Shown here: positions 25,462 to 40,383 of the stretch, in pieces
Layout: every line of letters starts with the position of its first letter
How positions within the stretch are numbered: the stretch's first letter is position 1
Assembly (NCBI RefSeq): GCF_006345805.1
Contig: NC_042999.1
Location: 34,410,001-34,474,000 of the forward strand
Origin: Octopus sinensis
Taxonomy: Eukaryota
Direction of reading: 5' to 3'
DNA length: 64,000 nt
Translations under genes and position numbers: made by a program
Notes under the pieces: model-generated
What the model saw: the letters and a program-made list of their open reading frames with translations, nothing else
The model's database searches: none
What the model was told of the DNA's origin: nothing

Positions 25462-25670
25462 TGTTGATTTCTAATTTTGGCACAAGGCCAAAAATTTCGT
25501 AGGACGAGGTTAAGTCGACTACATCGACCCCAGTTCTCAACTAGTATTTATTTTATCGATCCTTAAGGATGAAAGTCCACATCGGCAACATTTGAACTCA
25601 AAACCTAAAGACGGATGAAATGCCACTAAGCACTTTGCCCGGCATGTTAACGATTCTACCAGCTCACTGT
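25462..25670 (-). mobile_element. SINE family A copy (diverged)
   Basis: Reverse-complement head and core visible (gagctggtagaatcgttaac...gagttcaaatgttgccgatg...tttcatcct). Confidence 0.75.
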
Positions 25671-25979
25671 ATTTGACAGCGTTTAATATTAAACAGAGAA
25701 TAGTCTTTGATTGTTGAAAGTAACATAGAGTTAACAGTTACACTTTTAAATATCAAGAATAACGTCTTCCACATCTCCCTCGCTGCCATCACAAAATCGC
25801 AGAAGTGAAGATGAAAAAGTACCACTAACAGCTATTTAATCGGGAAATAGAAAGCCTAGAAATATTGATGGAATTAAGAATGTTATTGTCCCAATCTAAG
25901 CATAAAGAACGGATTAGGAATTATGAAAAGAGGAAAAAGCAGGGAAGTAGATTCAGTATAAACGCAGTCGTGATTTTAA

Positions 25980-25993
25980 TATATATATGCATG

Positions 25994-26092
<99 letters not shown>

Positions 26093-26197
26093 CATACACA
26101 TATATATATATATATATGTGTATATATATACATATATATATGTGTGTGTATATATATATATACACACACACACTCACACACACACACACACACACAC

Positions 26198-26235
<38 letters not shown>

Positions 26236-26250
26236 CATACATATATATGA
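25980..26250. repeat. (TA)n/(CA)n microsatellite
   Basis: Direct repeat runs. Confidence 0.95.
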
Positions 26251-26877
26251 TACAGAAAGCTAGATAGAAAGAGGGAAAGCATAGCTCTGTATTAATTTAT
26301 TAAAACATGAGCTTAGTAAATTTCAATATGCCAGTTGTAATGGAAATCGATTTCTGAGCCTAAGAATTTGCGTTTTACATTCGTCACGATTTTTCAGAGT
26401 CAAGTAGCAAAAGTAAATTGATTCGATTGTGTAAATCCAATGTTTTGAATTTCAAACACTTTTCTTAACACCAACTGCATAAATACGAATCTTGTCATTC
26501 AAAATGAAAGAATAGAGAAAAAAAATGAACAAAACAGTCTGAAGGGTTACTTCGGGCACCAAATTAATATTAGATCATGACAAATCACAGATACATTTAT
26601 ATACTCGTATGTATACTCAAATATACACACATAGATGATATGGTAATTTAAAGGTAGTTTACAGATGATATGGTAATTCTAATATAATCACGTTTCCCTG
26701 TAGTAATATTACTAATAAATGCAACGCCAAATTCGCCATTGTAACCGATTAGCCATTTATGCTTTAAAAGGTCAGCACAATGTAGAATTTTGCAAAATCC
26801 AGTTAAGTAACAGCGGGAGCAGCAAACAAATTATTCACCTACTAGCAAAGTTCTTCTTTGTCAAAGGAATTGCGACT

Positions 26878-27185
26878 AGGCAAAGTAAACTGACCCTGAT
26901 GTCATTTCGTGAAGTGGGCATCAACGAGGCATATTGTTTATTGACTATCTTCAAAAGGGCCACACCATCAATAGAGAGTACTATGCCAACTTGCTGAGGC
27001 AACTAAGAAACTCAATCAAGACCAAACACTGACAGATCCTTTGTTTCAATAGCTGCTGTACTTGACTGTGATTTTGAACCGGTTGATCAAACCTCCTCTT
27101 CTGCTCATTTCCGGTCATCTGTCCCCCAACATGTAAAAACATTTGGCTGGATAGCAGTATCGCAGTGATTATGATATCATATTGA
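26878..27185 (+). mobile_element. Decayed mariner-family transposase fragment
   Basis: Reads GILFIDYLQKGHTINREYYANLLRQLRNSIKTK and later KHLAG..YRSD, a typical mariner catalytic-domain stretch with deletions. Confidence 0.75.
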
Positions 27186-27194
27186 AAAACGAAC

Positions 27195-28208
27195 GACTAG
27201 CAGTGTCTGCTATCGTCAGAGACATTAACAGATCAAAGACAGTTGTTTCATGAATACACAAGCTTTATGAAGACTGTGACTGGTCATTTGAAGAAAGTTT
27301 GACTTCAGACCCATTCCGCTGCCACTAATCATCTCACCAGTATGAAGAACTGAAAAGTGAGGTTATCCTTTGCCAATGAGCAGGTACTTTAGACGGATGA
27401 CAACTGGTCGCGTGTGTTCAATTTGATTGGCTCTGATAGTGAAACGTTGTAAAAGTGAACGATTGCTCCCTAAAGGCGTGACAAAATCGATGACGTTTGA
27501 GTGTTTAATGGTGTAGGGAATGATTTCTGCAGCAGGTGTTGGGCCCTTAATCCAGATCCATGGTAATGTGAGTGCAGTCATATGCAAAAACATTCTGCTG
27601 CATGTTGTGCCAGCTATGATGTCATTTGCAACTCGTCAGCCAGTCTTTATCCTGGATAATGCGACTTGTCGCAGTGCTAATATAGTTAAGGTAGTATCTC
27701 ATTCTGAAAACATCCCTGTGATGCGTTGACCAACTCAGAACCCTAACTTTAATCCCATTAAAAACTTATGAAAGATACTTGGTGATGAGATCAAAGAACC
27801 TCGACCAGCGCATATTACAAATTTGTAGGAAAAGTTTCAAGAAGGATGGAATAAAATAATGTCAAAACAATGTGAGAAATTCATCATAACCTGTATACGT
27901 AAATGTGCTATAAATTAAAACCATAAAAATGTACATTGGTACTAATGTATTGATGTCAATTGTAAAACATTCTCGCAAAATTTTGATTTATGGAATTTTG
28001 AATCATACATCCATTTGTCCATCTTGTATTTTTCAAATACATAACTTTTCTATAAAAGATTATTTTGTTATTAATCACTTCCTATAAAATCTATTGTAAA
28101 TAATGAACATACTTTAAAATATATACAAAAAATCCCATTCGGAAATATGAAGTACAAATGTAAATATTTATATTTTAAATTTTTGCTCTCTAATTTTGGC
28201 CACTACTG
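27195..28208 (+). mobile_element. Decayed Tc1-family element with right TIR
   Basis: GMISAAGVGPL..IHG, VFILDNATC and PTQNPNFNPIKNL resemble Tc1 DDE motifs. The right end taattttggccactactg|TA reverse-complements to CAGTAGTGGCCAAAATTA. No left TIR was found. Confidence 0.8.
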
Positions 28209-28732
28209 TATAAACAGTATGTCCCTTAATTACATTTGGAATCTTAAAGATTAGAAAAGATGGAAAATAATATTTCAGCAATCTTCATTGCGAAGCAGGC
28301 AAATATACAACGTTTTCTCAGAAACATTCAAATACTTCCACATTATTGCTTTATTGCTTGCATGCTATAAATAGATACAATAAATTTTGGAAGATATTTG
28401 TCAAGATAGTTTATGGATATTTGTGAGTATATGTGTGTATTTGCATTTGTGTGTGTATAAACGGTAATTTATCATATATTCTTCACCATTTTCTCTTTCG
28501 TTCTTTTTCTTGTCGTTATAATAATTTTCTAGTTTTTATTCAATCATTCTTTCTATTTTCTTCGTTCTATCCTTCCGTTTAATATTTTTTTCAGTTTCTG
28601 TCAGCTGTAGAACATATATTTTTCAACGTGCGATAATGAATGTTGTAGTTTTCTTCTATTCAAATATTCATTTACATTCCTATTGCTATGGATAGTTTAG
28701 TTATTTGTCATATAAATATTCGTTATGGAAAC

Positions 28733-28890
28733 ATTTGTGTGGTAAGAAGCTCGATTCCCAACCACGGGGTGCCGGGTTCACTTACACTACGTAGCACCTT
28801 AGATGAGTGTTTTCCACTATAAACTCGGGCCGATGAAAGCCTTGTGAGTGAATTTGGTAGACGGAAACTGAAAGAAGGCCTTCGTGTATA
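28733..28890 (+). mobile_element. SINE family B, 5' half
   Basis: tgtgtggtaagaagc...cccaaccac...gccttgtgagtgaatttggtagacggaaactgaaagaagg. Confidence 0.8.
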
Positions 28891-28933
28891 TATATATATA
28901 TGAATGATACAGAAAGCTATATATATTTATATA

Positions 28934-28973
<40 letters not shown>

Positions 28974-29056
28974 TTCACACACAGGCATACACTCACACAT
29001 ATACACATATATATATGTATATATATACCTATATATGTATGTATATATATGTATGA

Positions 29057-29176
<120 letters not shown>

Positions 29177-31097
29177 CTGGGTATTTTCTGAAGAATTCCC
29201 TTAGAATTAGGAATCACTCTCCCGAGATGATTTATTCTAGAAATGGAATGCCGGTTGATTGTTAGTATATTCTTATATGCAGTACCTTGTTACAGTAGAT
29301 AGGTTGACAGTTCAAGGAAGGTGATTTGATTACCATATATAAGTACGCTAGACGTGAGTTGGTCCAGCAGATTTATTGCTTTACTGATTTTGCTAAACTC
29401 TCACCTTAATCTCTTGCATTAATTGTGGAGCACTTGCTTGCAACTTATCTATTTCACGTGGGAGATTGTTAATAAAGTCATGTGATATATTTAGCGCATA
29501 TCTGTTGAATCGTATAATTTCGCAAAAGTAATTGTTAGTATTCCCAATTCTGTTGGCATAAAGATATCGCAAATGAGCTGAAAGAATTCATTTTACTATT
29601 TTGTTAGTAATCTTACTTTTTCTTTCAATTCCGCAATTTATCATTAATTTCTGCAAATTCCCAAGTCATCGTTATTTTTTTTTCAGATTTTGAAATTCGA
29701 ATTATTTATCTTGAGCTAGTTTAACCTTACGGTTTCTGAAATGAAGCTGTTGTCTATGAAGTGAGACCTTTGTTTAAAGGTGAAACAATAATCCTTAATC
29801 GAAATTGCAAAACATGTTCCCACTTGACAATCGTTGCTGCATAAAGATCAAAGAATTTCACATTTAATTCCTACTCCATTATGTCATTAAGTTGTCGAGT
29901 AATAAGTCCAATTTAATTTTAAGGCTTGTTACAAGCATTTGATTACGACAACAATCAGCAGCAGGTGAAGTTTGTCATATATATTTCATTACTATGTGAT
30001 GACAAAACAAAGTCAATTTTACTGTTTAAGGTTGAGATGCATCCATGTTCTTTAAAGTATACCGTTTTAGCTAAACAACATATAAGTTATTATAAACTGA
30101 AGCACCAAACGATCTTTAAGAGCTATCAGTCCATTTCCGTTCTCTGTAGATATTTGATCATATAGTCCTTGGGAAGAACATTAATGTCCCAAACCACAAA
30201 TAGAATGATTTTCCCCATCAAGATTATTAGATATTTGCGATACGTTGCGTCATTAATCGAAAACATTTATGGCTTCTTTCTTATCCGTCCAAGCACTGAT
30301 GGTAGGCAAAAAACTCTTTTTTTTTTTCAAGTTGTGAATCTCAAATTAAATAACGCACACGCTAATGGAGATTGCATATATATTGATTTTCATCACCATA
30401 TTGCATTTCTTTTGCAGTGAAACCAAATCTATGTAGATGCAGTCCACCTACTAATGATACCTTAAAAACCAAAGTGTAATTTCTGACTGTCTCAATAAGG
30501 TTATCCCCCGTCAGTTATTCTCGTTTCAATTAGGATCTCAACATCTATATCGAAATTCAGAAATTAATATCCAAGACGTTTAGTGGTTCAGTTTTCTCAG
30601 AAGCCTTATGATCCAGCTTTCATATTTCGAGTTCCAGTTATTAAAGCACTCTTGTATTTGTTTTGTTGCTTCAGTAATTAAATGCATCTCTCTACTACAG
30701 ATTCACAGTAAGATAGAAAAAAACTCACGTGACGTTTACGAAGACTTAGCTGTACCTCTCTTTAAATATTGTGAACAGTACTGAGCTTTAACATGCCTGC
30801 TCATGCATGGATAAAGCAACTCAGAATATCTAATGCCATCATCAAATAATACGTAACCGTTTTACATCCCCCGTGAATGTGATACAGGTTTCTAGATTAC
30901 GCCAACACAAGCTTGAGATGCACTGATAATCGACCGGCTTTCAACAGGTAAAGCTAAAAGAAGATATCAAGAATCGGAAAACAGATAAAAGAACATAGAA
31001 AAACAAACCTAAAGAACAAAATAAATTAAAGATTTCCATTAAATACTTTAATTCGGTAAGACATCATCAAATACAGAATGGCAACAGAAATGTGTCC

Positions 31098-31326
31098 TGC
31101 GAGCTGGCAGAAACTTTAGCACGCCGGGCGAAATGCTTAACGGCATTTTGTCTGCCGTTACGTTCTCAGTTCAAATTCCGCCGAGGTTGACTTAGCCCTT
31201 CATCCTTTCGGAGTCGATTAAATAAGTACCAGTTACGCACTGGGGTCGATATATAATCGACTTAATCCGTTTGTCTGTCCTTGTTCGTCCGCTCTGCGTG
31301 TAGCACCTTGTTGGCAGTAAAGAAAT
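31098..31326 (+). mobile_element. SINE family A, near full length
   Basis: gcgagctggcagaaactttagcacgccgggcgaaatgctt, followed by core and a tail ending cagtaaagaaat. Confidence 0.9.
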
Positions 31327-31615
31327 CAGAAGAGAGTAGAGTCCCGGGTACCTTGCGTATTGGGAGCCACCTATTAAAATGCATTTTTTACGAGTGTTCT
31401 ATCTATTTTTTAATCAATTTGCGTAAGATAAACAAATATTGGAGACTGAGTTAAATTATTAAGGGCACAAACTACATACTAGCAGATATGAGCAGCATCC
31501 CTCTGCGTGACGGTTTGAAAACCAATCTTTATTTTAAGAGGTTGACGCTATGAACAAAACACAATTTTTCTCTTGGAAGGAACCGAACGTGTGACACAGT
31601 AAATTTAAACTAAAT

Positions 31616-31619
<4 letters not shown>

Positions 31620-31680
<61 letters not shown>

Positions 31681-31685
31681 GCTCA

Positions 31686-31721
<36 letters not shown>

Positions 31722-31770
31722 ATATATCTATATATACACAAAGAGAGAGAGAGAGAGACAAACAGACAGA
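31620..31770. repeat. (TC)n/(GA)n microsatellite
   Basis: Direct repeat runs. Confidence 0.9.
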
Positions 31771-32217
31771 CAGAGACAGAGGGCCATTTTTTCGCCACAA
31801 CATCCGAAACTTTATTATGGAAGTTTTATTATGGAAACCGAATAATTGTCATATATTATTTTACATATAAATTCCTCTATTTACTTAATATCGAGTTCTC
31901 TTTCATTCTTTTGTTATCTTACCATTACTATTAATATATATATATATACATGTACATATTGATATGTACGAAAATTTTCGGAAGACAAAAATAAGAAATA
32001 AGTGGAAATTTTACCGGTGAGTGTGTTATATTATAAGACACAAAAAGAAAATGACTCCCCCCATACACAACAGAATATGCTTCAACACATGAAATCATAT
32101 AAAGAATCTTGCAAACCAAATCCAAAAATGGAAATATAAATGAAATGTTTTTTTAAAAGAATATCTGCATAGTATTCAAATGCAAGAGCCATTTTTCCTT
32201 GTTTCTGCCTGTCTGTG

Positions 32218-32590
32218 CCTGTCTTGTTTATTCTTGTGGGTTCAACCTCGAGCCTAATTCCTTGTTATCCTAGTGCTTATTTTATCGGTCCCTTTTGCCG
32301 AACCACTAGATTATGGGGACGTAAACCCACCAGCATCGGTTGTCAAATGGTATTGGGGAAACAATACGGCGAGCTGGCAGAAACGTTAGCACGCCGGGCG
32401 AAATGCTTAGCGGTATTTCGTCTGCGTTACGTTGTGAGTTCAAATTCCGCCGAGGTCGACTTTGCCTTTCATCCTTTCGGGGTCGTTAAATTAAGTACCA
32501 GTTACGCACTGGGGTCGAATCGACTTAATACCTATGTCTGTCCTTGTTTGACCCCTCTGTGTTTAGCCCCTTGTGGGTAATAATGAAATA
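32218..32590. mobile_element. SINE family B 3' half (minus, about 32218-32355) abutting a SINE family A copy (plus, about 32367-32590)
   Basis: The segments match the family B tail (reverse complement) and the family A head/core/tail. Confidence 0.8.
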
Positions 32591-32627
32591 GGTATTGGGA
32601 CACACAATCATACACATACACATACAA

Positions 32628-33940
<1,313 letters not shown>

Positions 33941-33994
33941 ATATATATATATATATATAATATATATATATATATATTATATATATATATATAT

Positions 33995-34160
33995 ATGTAT
34001 ACGACGGGCGTCTTTCAGTTTTCGTCTACCAAATCCACTCTTAAGGTTTGGTCAGCCCGAAGCTATAGTAGGAGTCACTTGCTCAAGTTCTCACGCATTG
34101 GGCTGAACCCAGAGCCATGTGGTTAGTAAGCAAGTTACTTACCACACAGCCACTCCCGAG
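33995..34160 (-). mobile_element. SINE family B, 5' half
   Basis: Reverse complement of gagtggctgtgtggtaagtaacttgcttactaaccacatgg...gaaaactgaaagacgcccgtcg. Confidence 0.8.
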
Positions 34161-34271
34161 TTTTTGTGCAAAGAATTGGCTACAAAAGTATAGAAATAAA
34201 CGGATCAACAGACAGATTGATGAGTCTATAGCTAGATAGACAGGAAGATAGACCAATAGACAGAAATTGTT

Positions 34272-34368
<97 letters not shown>
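34272..34368. repeat. (GATA)n microsatellite
   Basis: Perfect tetranucleotide run. Confidence 0.97.
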
Positions 34369-34369
<1 letters not shown>

Positions 34370-34679
34370 AGTATAGATGGTTTAACTTGGATATGGTGTG
34401 GGGCCTGAAGCGAGCCTTATTCCTTGGTGTTTTGGCTATTTAGTTGGCGTTTTCGAACCGATAATTCTTCATCATACTTTTTTTAACCCTTATATTTTAA
34501 TCCTTTTTTGTATTTATTTTGTAATCCCAATCCCAAAAGGCGGTGCTCCAGCATGGCCACAGTCAAATGACTGAAACAAGTAAAAGAGTAAAAGAGTAAT
34601 CGTTCTTAATTGTGGTTAGATTTGCCCTGTTTCATGAGAATAGATCATTGAGGGAGTAGACGTCTTTGCACGCATGAGA

Positions 34680-34759
34680 GAAATAGATAGATACAGAGAT
34701 AGGTTGATAGATAGATATATAGATACATACATACATACATACATACATACATACATACG

Positions 34760-34852
<93 letters not shown>
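34680..34852. repeat. (GATA)n/(CATA)n microsatellite
   Basis: Tetranucleotide runs. Confidence 0.95.
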
Positions 34853-34853
<1 letters not shown>

Positions 34854-35401
34854 TTTGTAGTAAAAGAATATGAAGAGAGTACAACTGTTCAAATAAGGCT
34901 ATCCAAATACTTATTTGTTGAATAATGTATTACATAATTTGATTGCGTAAGTAGATTAACTCATTATACATTTTGAACAGTTAACAGGAAAATTCATATC
35001 TGCAAATCTAGCTTCGAATTTCAAGAAAAGATTTTCAGAGATACGCAAACCCATTGTGGAGTGGTGTTGATTTAAACTGCAACCAATCAGCTAGCAATGA
35101 TAATGATGCATTCAGTTAGACATGGGAATAGCTAATTTCATTCTAGTTGTCCTGTTAGTCATTTATCAGTTATATATTTTTTTACGACATATATAGCATT
35201 AAATTAATCAGATGTCAAGTCAATGACGACTACACGCCGACATGAAGCCATGAACACCATTACAGTATCGCCGCACGAGAGAGGGCAATTTTAATAACGA
35301 TAAAAATGAAAATAAAGCAATTATACAGTCACACATAAGTAGAATTTGTCAATTAAATTCATGATACTGAAAATAATAAGTAGACATTAGACATGTATAT
35401 A

Positions 35402-35607
35402 CAAGGCTGTGTTGAGTAGTTCCTGGCTTCGGGTAAAACAAAGTACGGGAGGATCAGTTAATTATGATTTTATTCAACATATTCACCTTTCGTATTCAAA
35501 CAGTTATTGCAACGGCCCTTCAATTTTTTCTAAGCTCTGTAGTGGAACTCGGAAGGGTGGTCCACAACAAGGACCCTCACAGCCAGGAACTTGCGGTAGC
35601 TTCCTCG
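35402..35607. mobile_element. Mariner-derived MITE (about 206 bp)
   Basis: TA|caaggctgtgttgagtagttcctggct at the left and agccaggaacttgcggtagcttcctcg|TA at the right: imperfect TIRs sharing agttcctggct, with TA flanks. Confidence 0.6.
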
Positions 35608-35722
35608 TACATATATATATACACATACAAATACACACATATACATATATCCTCAAAATACAAACAAATACACATAGATCTACATATAGAGTCGCACACA
35701 CGCGCAGTCACATACTTTGAGT

Positions 35723-35758
<36 letters not shown>

Positions 35759-35792
35759 AAAGGTTTGAAAATGCAATTTAAACGATGTTTAT

Positions 35793-35837
35793 TTACTTAA
35801 CCGGTTTCACTCTTTGGTAAAAGATTGTCAAAAGTAA
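35793..35837 (-). ncRNA. Variant (U3-A8) hammerhead ribozyme motif in a PLE-like tail (tail about 35760-36240)
   Basis: Minus strand ttactt-TTGACAA-tcttt(tacc)aaaga-gt-GAAAC-cg-GTT-aagtaa. Stem I is 6 bp, stem II 5 bp with 2 unpaired nt, stem III is the palindrome ACCGGT. Confidence 0.55.
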
Positions 35838-36399
35838 CATTGAATATTATGGGTTCAAAAAAAGTTTTTTACATAATTGTCACATTGAATATTATGAATT
35901 CAAAAATGTTTTTTTATACATAATTGTCACATTACATGTATAAATATAGTATAAAAAAGTTCAATAGTGTGATGAGAATATTTGTAAAAGTTGGCAGAAA
36001 AGAATAAAACAAATATATTATTGGAAATTTGGTTGCGTTAATTATTGGTTGTCGCAAATTGTCACATTACATGTATATATATACAGTCTTTGGTAGAAAG
36101 GACATGTTAAAGACATAAGGAAGTGTAATAGTTTGGTGAGAAAGCTTGTAATATTGACAGAGAAAATTAAAATGGATATTTTAGACATCTCAGAATATTT
36201 TGAATCGAAGGCGAGAATTTGTTTTTTACTGACCTGTTTGTTTCAGCAGAAAAGTTGAATTGAGAGAAAAAAAGATGTGTACCCAGTTTGGTTTATACTT
36301 CCCCTTCAAGCATCAGTGATTTTGGGGTTATTGGGAGGTGAGTATGCGGGTGTGAATAGATGTGTCCGTGTGCCTGCTGGTCAGACAGCGTCTGTTTGT

Positions 36400-36619
36400 C
36401 ACACACATATATACACACCCACAACAACAACACACACACACATAGTATACAAACACACACCACATACACACAACACACACACACACACACACACACAGAA
36501 CACTCACACACACACAACGCACCCACATATATAATATATACACACAGCACACAAATATAACATGTATTTATATATAATATACACACATATATAACACATA
36601 CACACACAACACACACACA

Positions 36620-36686
<67 letters not shown>

Positions 36687-36695
36687 CATACATAC
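36400..36695. repeat. (CA)n/(TA)n microsatellite
   Basis: Direct repeat runs. Confidence 0.95.
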
Positions 36696-36699
36696 GTGC

Positions 36700-38819
36700 A
36701 ATGTTTTTAAAATTAGTAAATTTAGTAAATTTCCCTTGTCATAAATAACGTTGACGCCAAATTGTAATAAAATTGGTTGCCGGGTACCGCTGAAGGAAAG
36801 CAGTATCGGTTTTATACGAAATCCTGAAATGAGCTTTAATGCGTTCTCAGATCAGATGGTGCAACAATCACGAGTGAAGTAACTCTGGGAAGGGTTTTTT
36901 TGTAGTTCTCGCAGGCAGCGGTAACAATTTGATAAAAAATCCTGAAAAGGGGTGTAATGCGTTCTCAGGTGGTGTAACAATCGTATGTAAAGTCGCCTTG
37001 AAAATGGCAATTTTCGCTTACACCGAAAGCAATGGAACCGTTGCTGTGAAATGTGAAGTTCTGCGAAAATAGATCACAAAACCCAAGTTAAACAAAGGAA
37101 AAGAATCATGGTAGAGGAAAGTTGGTAACTTTGAAAGCCCGACTACAGTAGCACTCATTTACCACATATCCAGTCTTTAAGGTTGCACTGGTGCAGTGGA
37201 GGCACTGCGGTTCACGAATTTGAAAGCAGATGGTGCATGAAGTACTTACAACACCACTCCTCTGTCGGCCACATATTTTGTTTTTTCTCTAGGATTAAGT
37301 ACGAATAGATTTTGTTTGCTTCCAACACTTGAGCATTCAACATATAACTGGCCATGAAAGAAACATAGCTCGACCTCTTTCGTTTGCCAGCCGAAGCAAA
37401 CTCTGTTTTACGACCAGGGTGAGTACGTTTCTTAGGTGGCATGGCGGTAGTATTGGACTATGTTTAAAATGGGGGTTTTCCAAAGCAAGAAAATGGGGGC
37501 ACTGAATATATAAATTTAGCACGATGTATAAAAAATGAACATGCTAAACGTATTATTCATAAAATATGGAAGACGAGGCAAGCAGGTAGCTATGTGGACA
37601 CAAAAACACTGAATACAATATTTTTAACGACATGTAGGCTATAAACTTGTAAGCGGCAAAGGTATTAAGGAGTTAACTTGAGTATGGGGACAACGAAAAA
37701 TTTCAACAGGAAGTAGCAAGTTAAATCAATAATGTATGTCAAATGGTAAGCCTAACCTGTAAACCGAAATACGCGTCAGATATGCACAAAAGAGCATCAA
37801 TATTTACGATCTGACTCTGACATGGTCAGGTGAACAATGTTCCACCAATAAAATTCAGTCAAATAATTAATTGGGCAGGCTCATTACAGTGGATAATGAA
37901 TAGTGGTCTCGCGTATAGGTCAAAGGTTATGATCCCAGTTCACCGCTTATTGGCAGACCAGTGACGTATCATTAGGGAAAATGGTGTTGAAAAGGGAGCA
38001 TTATGATCGTCGGTTATGATGGGGAGAGAAGAAGTGAGTAAATTCTAAGAACGTGGAAAAAGCAGCCAGTCACACTGAATAAGAGGCTAAAGTGGGGAAG
38101 GGCATCATGGGCGTATTTGATAATAGCGCGGTGGAGAGGGGACTGTTAAGTAAACATTGATCTACGAAGATCAAAAAAGTGGTGTGGGCATTAATAGTGT
38201 TCATCCTGACATGTCAAAGGTCATGCTCGCAATTCACCACAGGTTATCACACCATGAATGGAGGGTAATTGAAAATTTGAGTTGAAGGAGACGATAATGG
38301 AAGGAGGTGAGCTAAGTAATCATTAATGTACACAAAACAGATCAGCCCCTCAATCCTTGGCGCCTGAATAAACGGTAGAAGTTTTAAGCAGAAAACCAAG
38401 TTTAATCCAGTAAACTGCAAGTTCATTACGAATAAACTTGATAAAACCTTAGTTGAAAACAGTCAATTAAGCATGGGTAGTAATCTTGCAAAATTTGGAG
38501 TGAATCAGTTTTGAAACGGCGGAGGTTATTGGCAAAAAAACGAATTTTACGCAGTTATTCGCATACTTTTCCCATTCGACGCGAATTGACTTGACAAAAA
38601 TATAAAGTTTAAATAATTCTTAAAGCATGTGTAATGTTCCTTCCAAATTTGGAGCGAACGCGGGATTCTGGAAAATATAAAAAGGTCGTGACCACCCATA
38701 GAGCATAAGCTATCAGTGTATCAAGCTTGAGCGAAATCGGTTGAAAAATGTGGAAATGCATAACGAGTGTACTCCCACGCAGACTGACAGAAGGACATCT
38801 TCTACGTTATATATATAGA
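36700..38819 (-). mobile_element. Probable non-autonomous Helitron derivative
   Basis: The minus-strand start TCTATATATATAACG at 38819 and subterminal caag.tt.a...aatcggttgaaa...gtgg resemble the 5' end of the 14.5-20.7 kb Helitron. There is a residual MPPKKR ORF start at 37442 in the same orientation. No CTAG/hairpin 3' end was found, so the left boundary is uncertain. Confidence 0.5.
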
Positions 38820-39536
38820 ATCATACATATACATATACTTGAAAATAACCATGTAATGGAAAATATACGTAGTACAATTTGAACAGCATTCTATTCCTGT
38901 TCTTGCATTATATTTTCCATAGTTTCAGATATGCAGCGGTTGTCTCTATATACATTGGTTTTATGGAGTTCTTAATATATTCCATCAAGTTACAATTGCC
39001 ATGGTTGCTCTATTCACCTTCTGACTAAACCAGGTAACTCTAGAGTGTTACTGAATTAATTGCTAGTGTCAATTTTATCCTCACTATTTCATAATTTTTT
39101 TCAATTCCATTTCGGTAAAGATAGGAGCATATGGAACCACTCAATTGAAATGGGAGTTGTAAGTGATCTTTATGTACAGTGCAATAATGGAATCGTCGCA
39201 GCGACTCAAATTTCATCTGGAGATGATGTAGCATATTTAAGAAAATTCAAATGTAAGGTGTCTATACCAGAAAATATTCCTTTCCTATGCAAAGATAATT
39301 TAAAGCCAAAATATTTATTGAGGGACACAAGACATTTAAAACATAGTTATCCAATAAACGAAGTTACTGGCTTTAATTCAAAATTATACTTCCTCGAAAC
39401 TAACCAAACGATGTAAAACGCTACTCTTGAAGATGTAATTAGAATGGCTGCCAATATTCCATTAGATAATGTACATACACTCACACACAAATGCATAGAT
39501 ACACATATTTATATAACCAAACATATGTGTATGTTA

Positions 39537-39539
<3 letters not shown>

Positions 39540-39583
<44 letters not shown>

Positions 39584-39686
39584 TATATATATATACATGT
39601 ATATGCATGTATGTATATATATGTGAACACACATACACACACATGTATATATGCATACATACATATATACATGAGCGTGTGTGTGC

Positions 39687-39719
<33 letters not shown>

Positions 39720-39748
39720 TAGCTAGCTAGATAGATAGATAGATAGAT

Positions 39749-39803
<55 letters not shown>

Positions 39804-39828
39804 TAGATAGATAGATAGATAGATAGAT
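39540..39828. repeat. (TA)n/(GATA)n compound microsatellite
   Basis: Direct repeat runs. Confidence 0.95.
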
Positions 39829-40383
39829 ATTCAGAAAATGGTTTGAGATAGAATAGTAAAACAAGAAATAAAATATATTCAAATAAACTACATTTCATAT
39901 CCTATGTTCACTTATAACGTTACCCGTACGAAAATTGCGTTACAGATCGAAATAGACACGAAATTCATTTTCATCTCGTGAGTATATTTCATTTGAGAAT
40001 TATGAATATTAAAACAACTTATCAATATTTCAATTTGGAAGTTAACTACGACCAATATTTTGATTTTCAGGAAGGAAATCAATACATTACATAATATATA
40101 AGTATGTTCTAAATACATCTTTGTAAATTCTCCCATGGTGTTGGATATAAGATGTTCACAGAGAGTAAGAGCATTATACATACATAATTACAGGCATATA
40201 CATGCATAAATACACAATATATATATATCCAGTACATTGATGTATATCTAATAACTGTTTAATTAATACATGTGTAATTGGCATTAAAATGTGTATGTAT
40301 ACATAAAATTCAGCGTTTTATGTCAATGATGAGTAACGAAGGTATAAAATTTGTATGGTGTGAAGCGCCTACATAGAGATATA

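Noticed and set aside
29188-29215. CTGAAGA followed by an attcc/ggaat hairpin
   Set aside because: The GAAAC/GUH half of the core is missing; at most a truncated or decayed relic.
29923-29965. Possible micro-exon LLQAFDYDNNQQQ (vaguely cadherin-like)
   Set aside because: Too short, weak donor (gtgaag), and no supporting neighbouring exons.
39060-39416. 118-aa ORF in unique sequence
   Set aside because: Non-ATG start, no recognisable domain, and no convincing splice boundaries.
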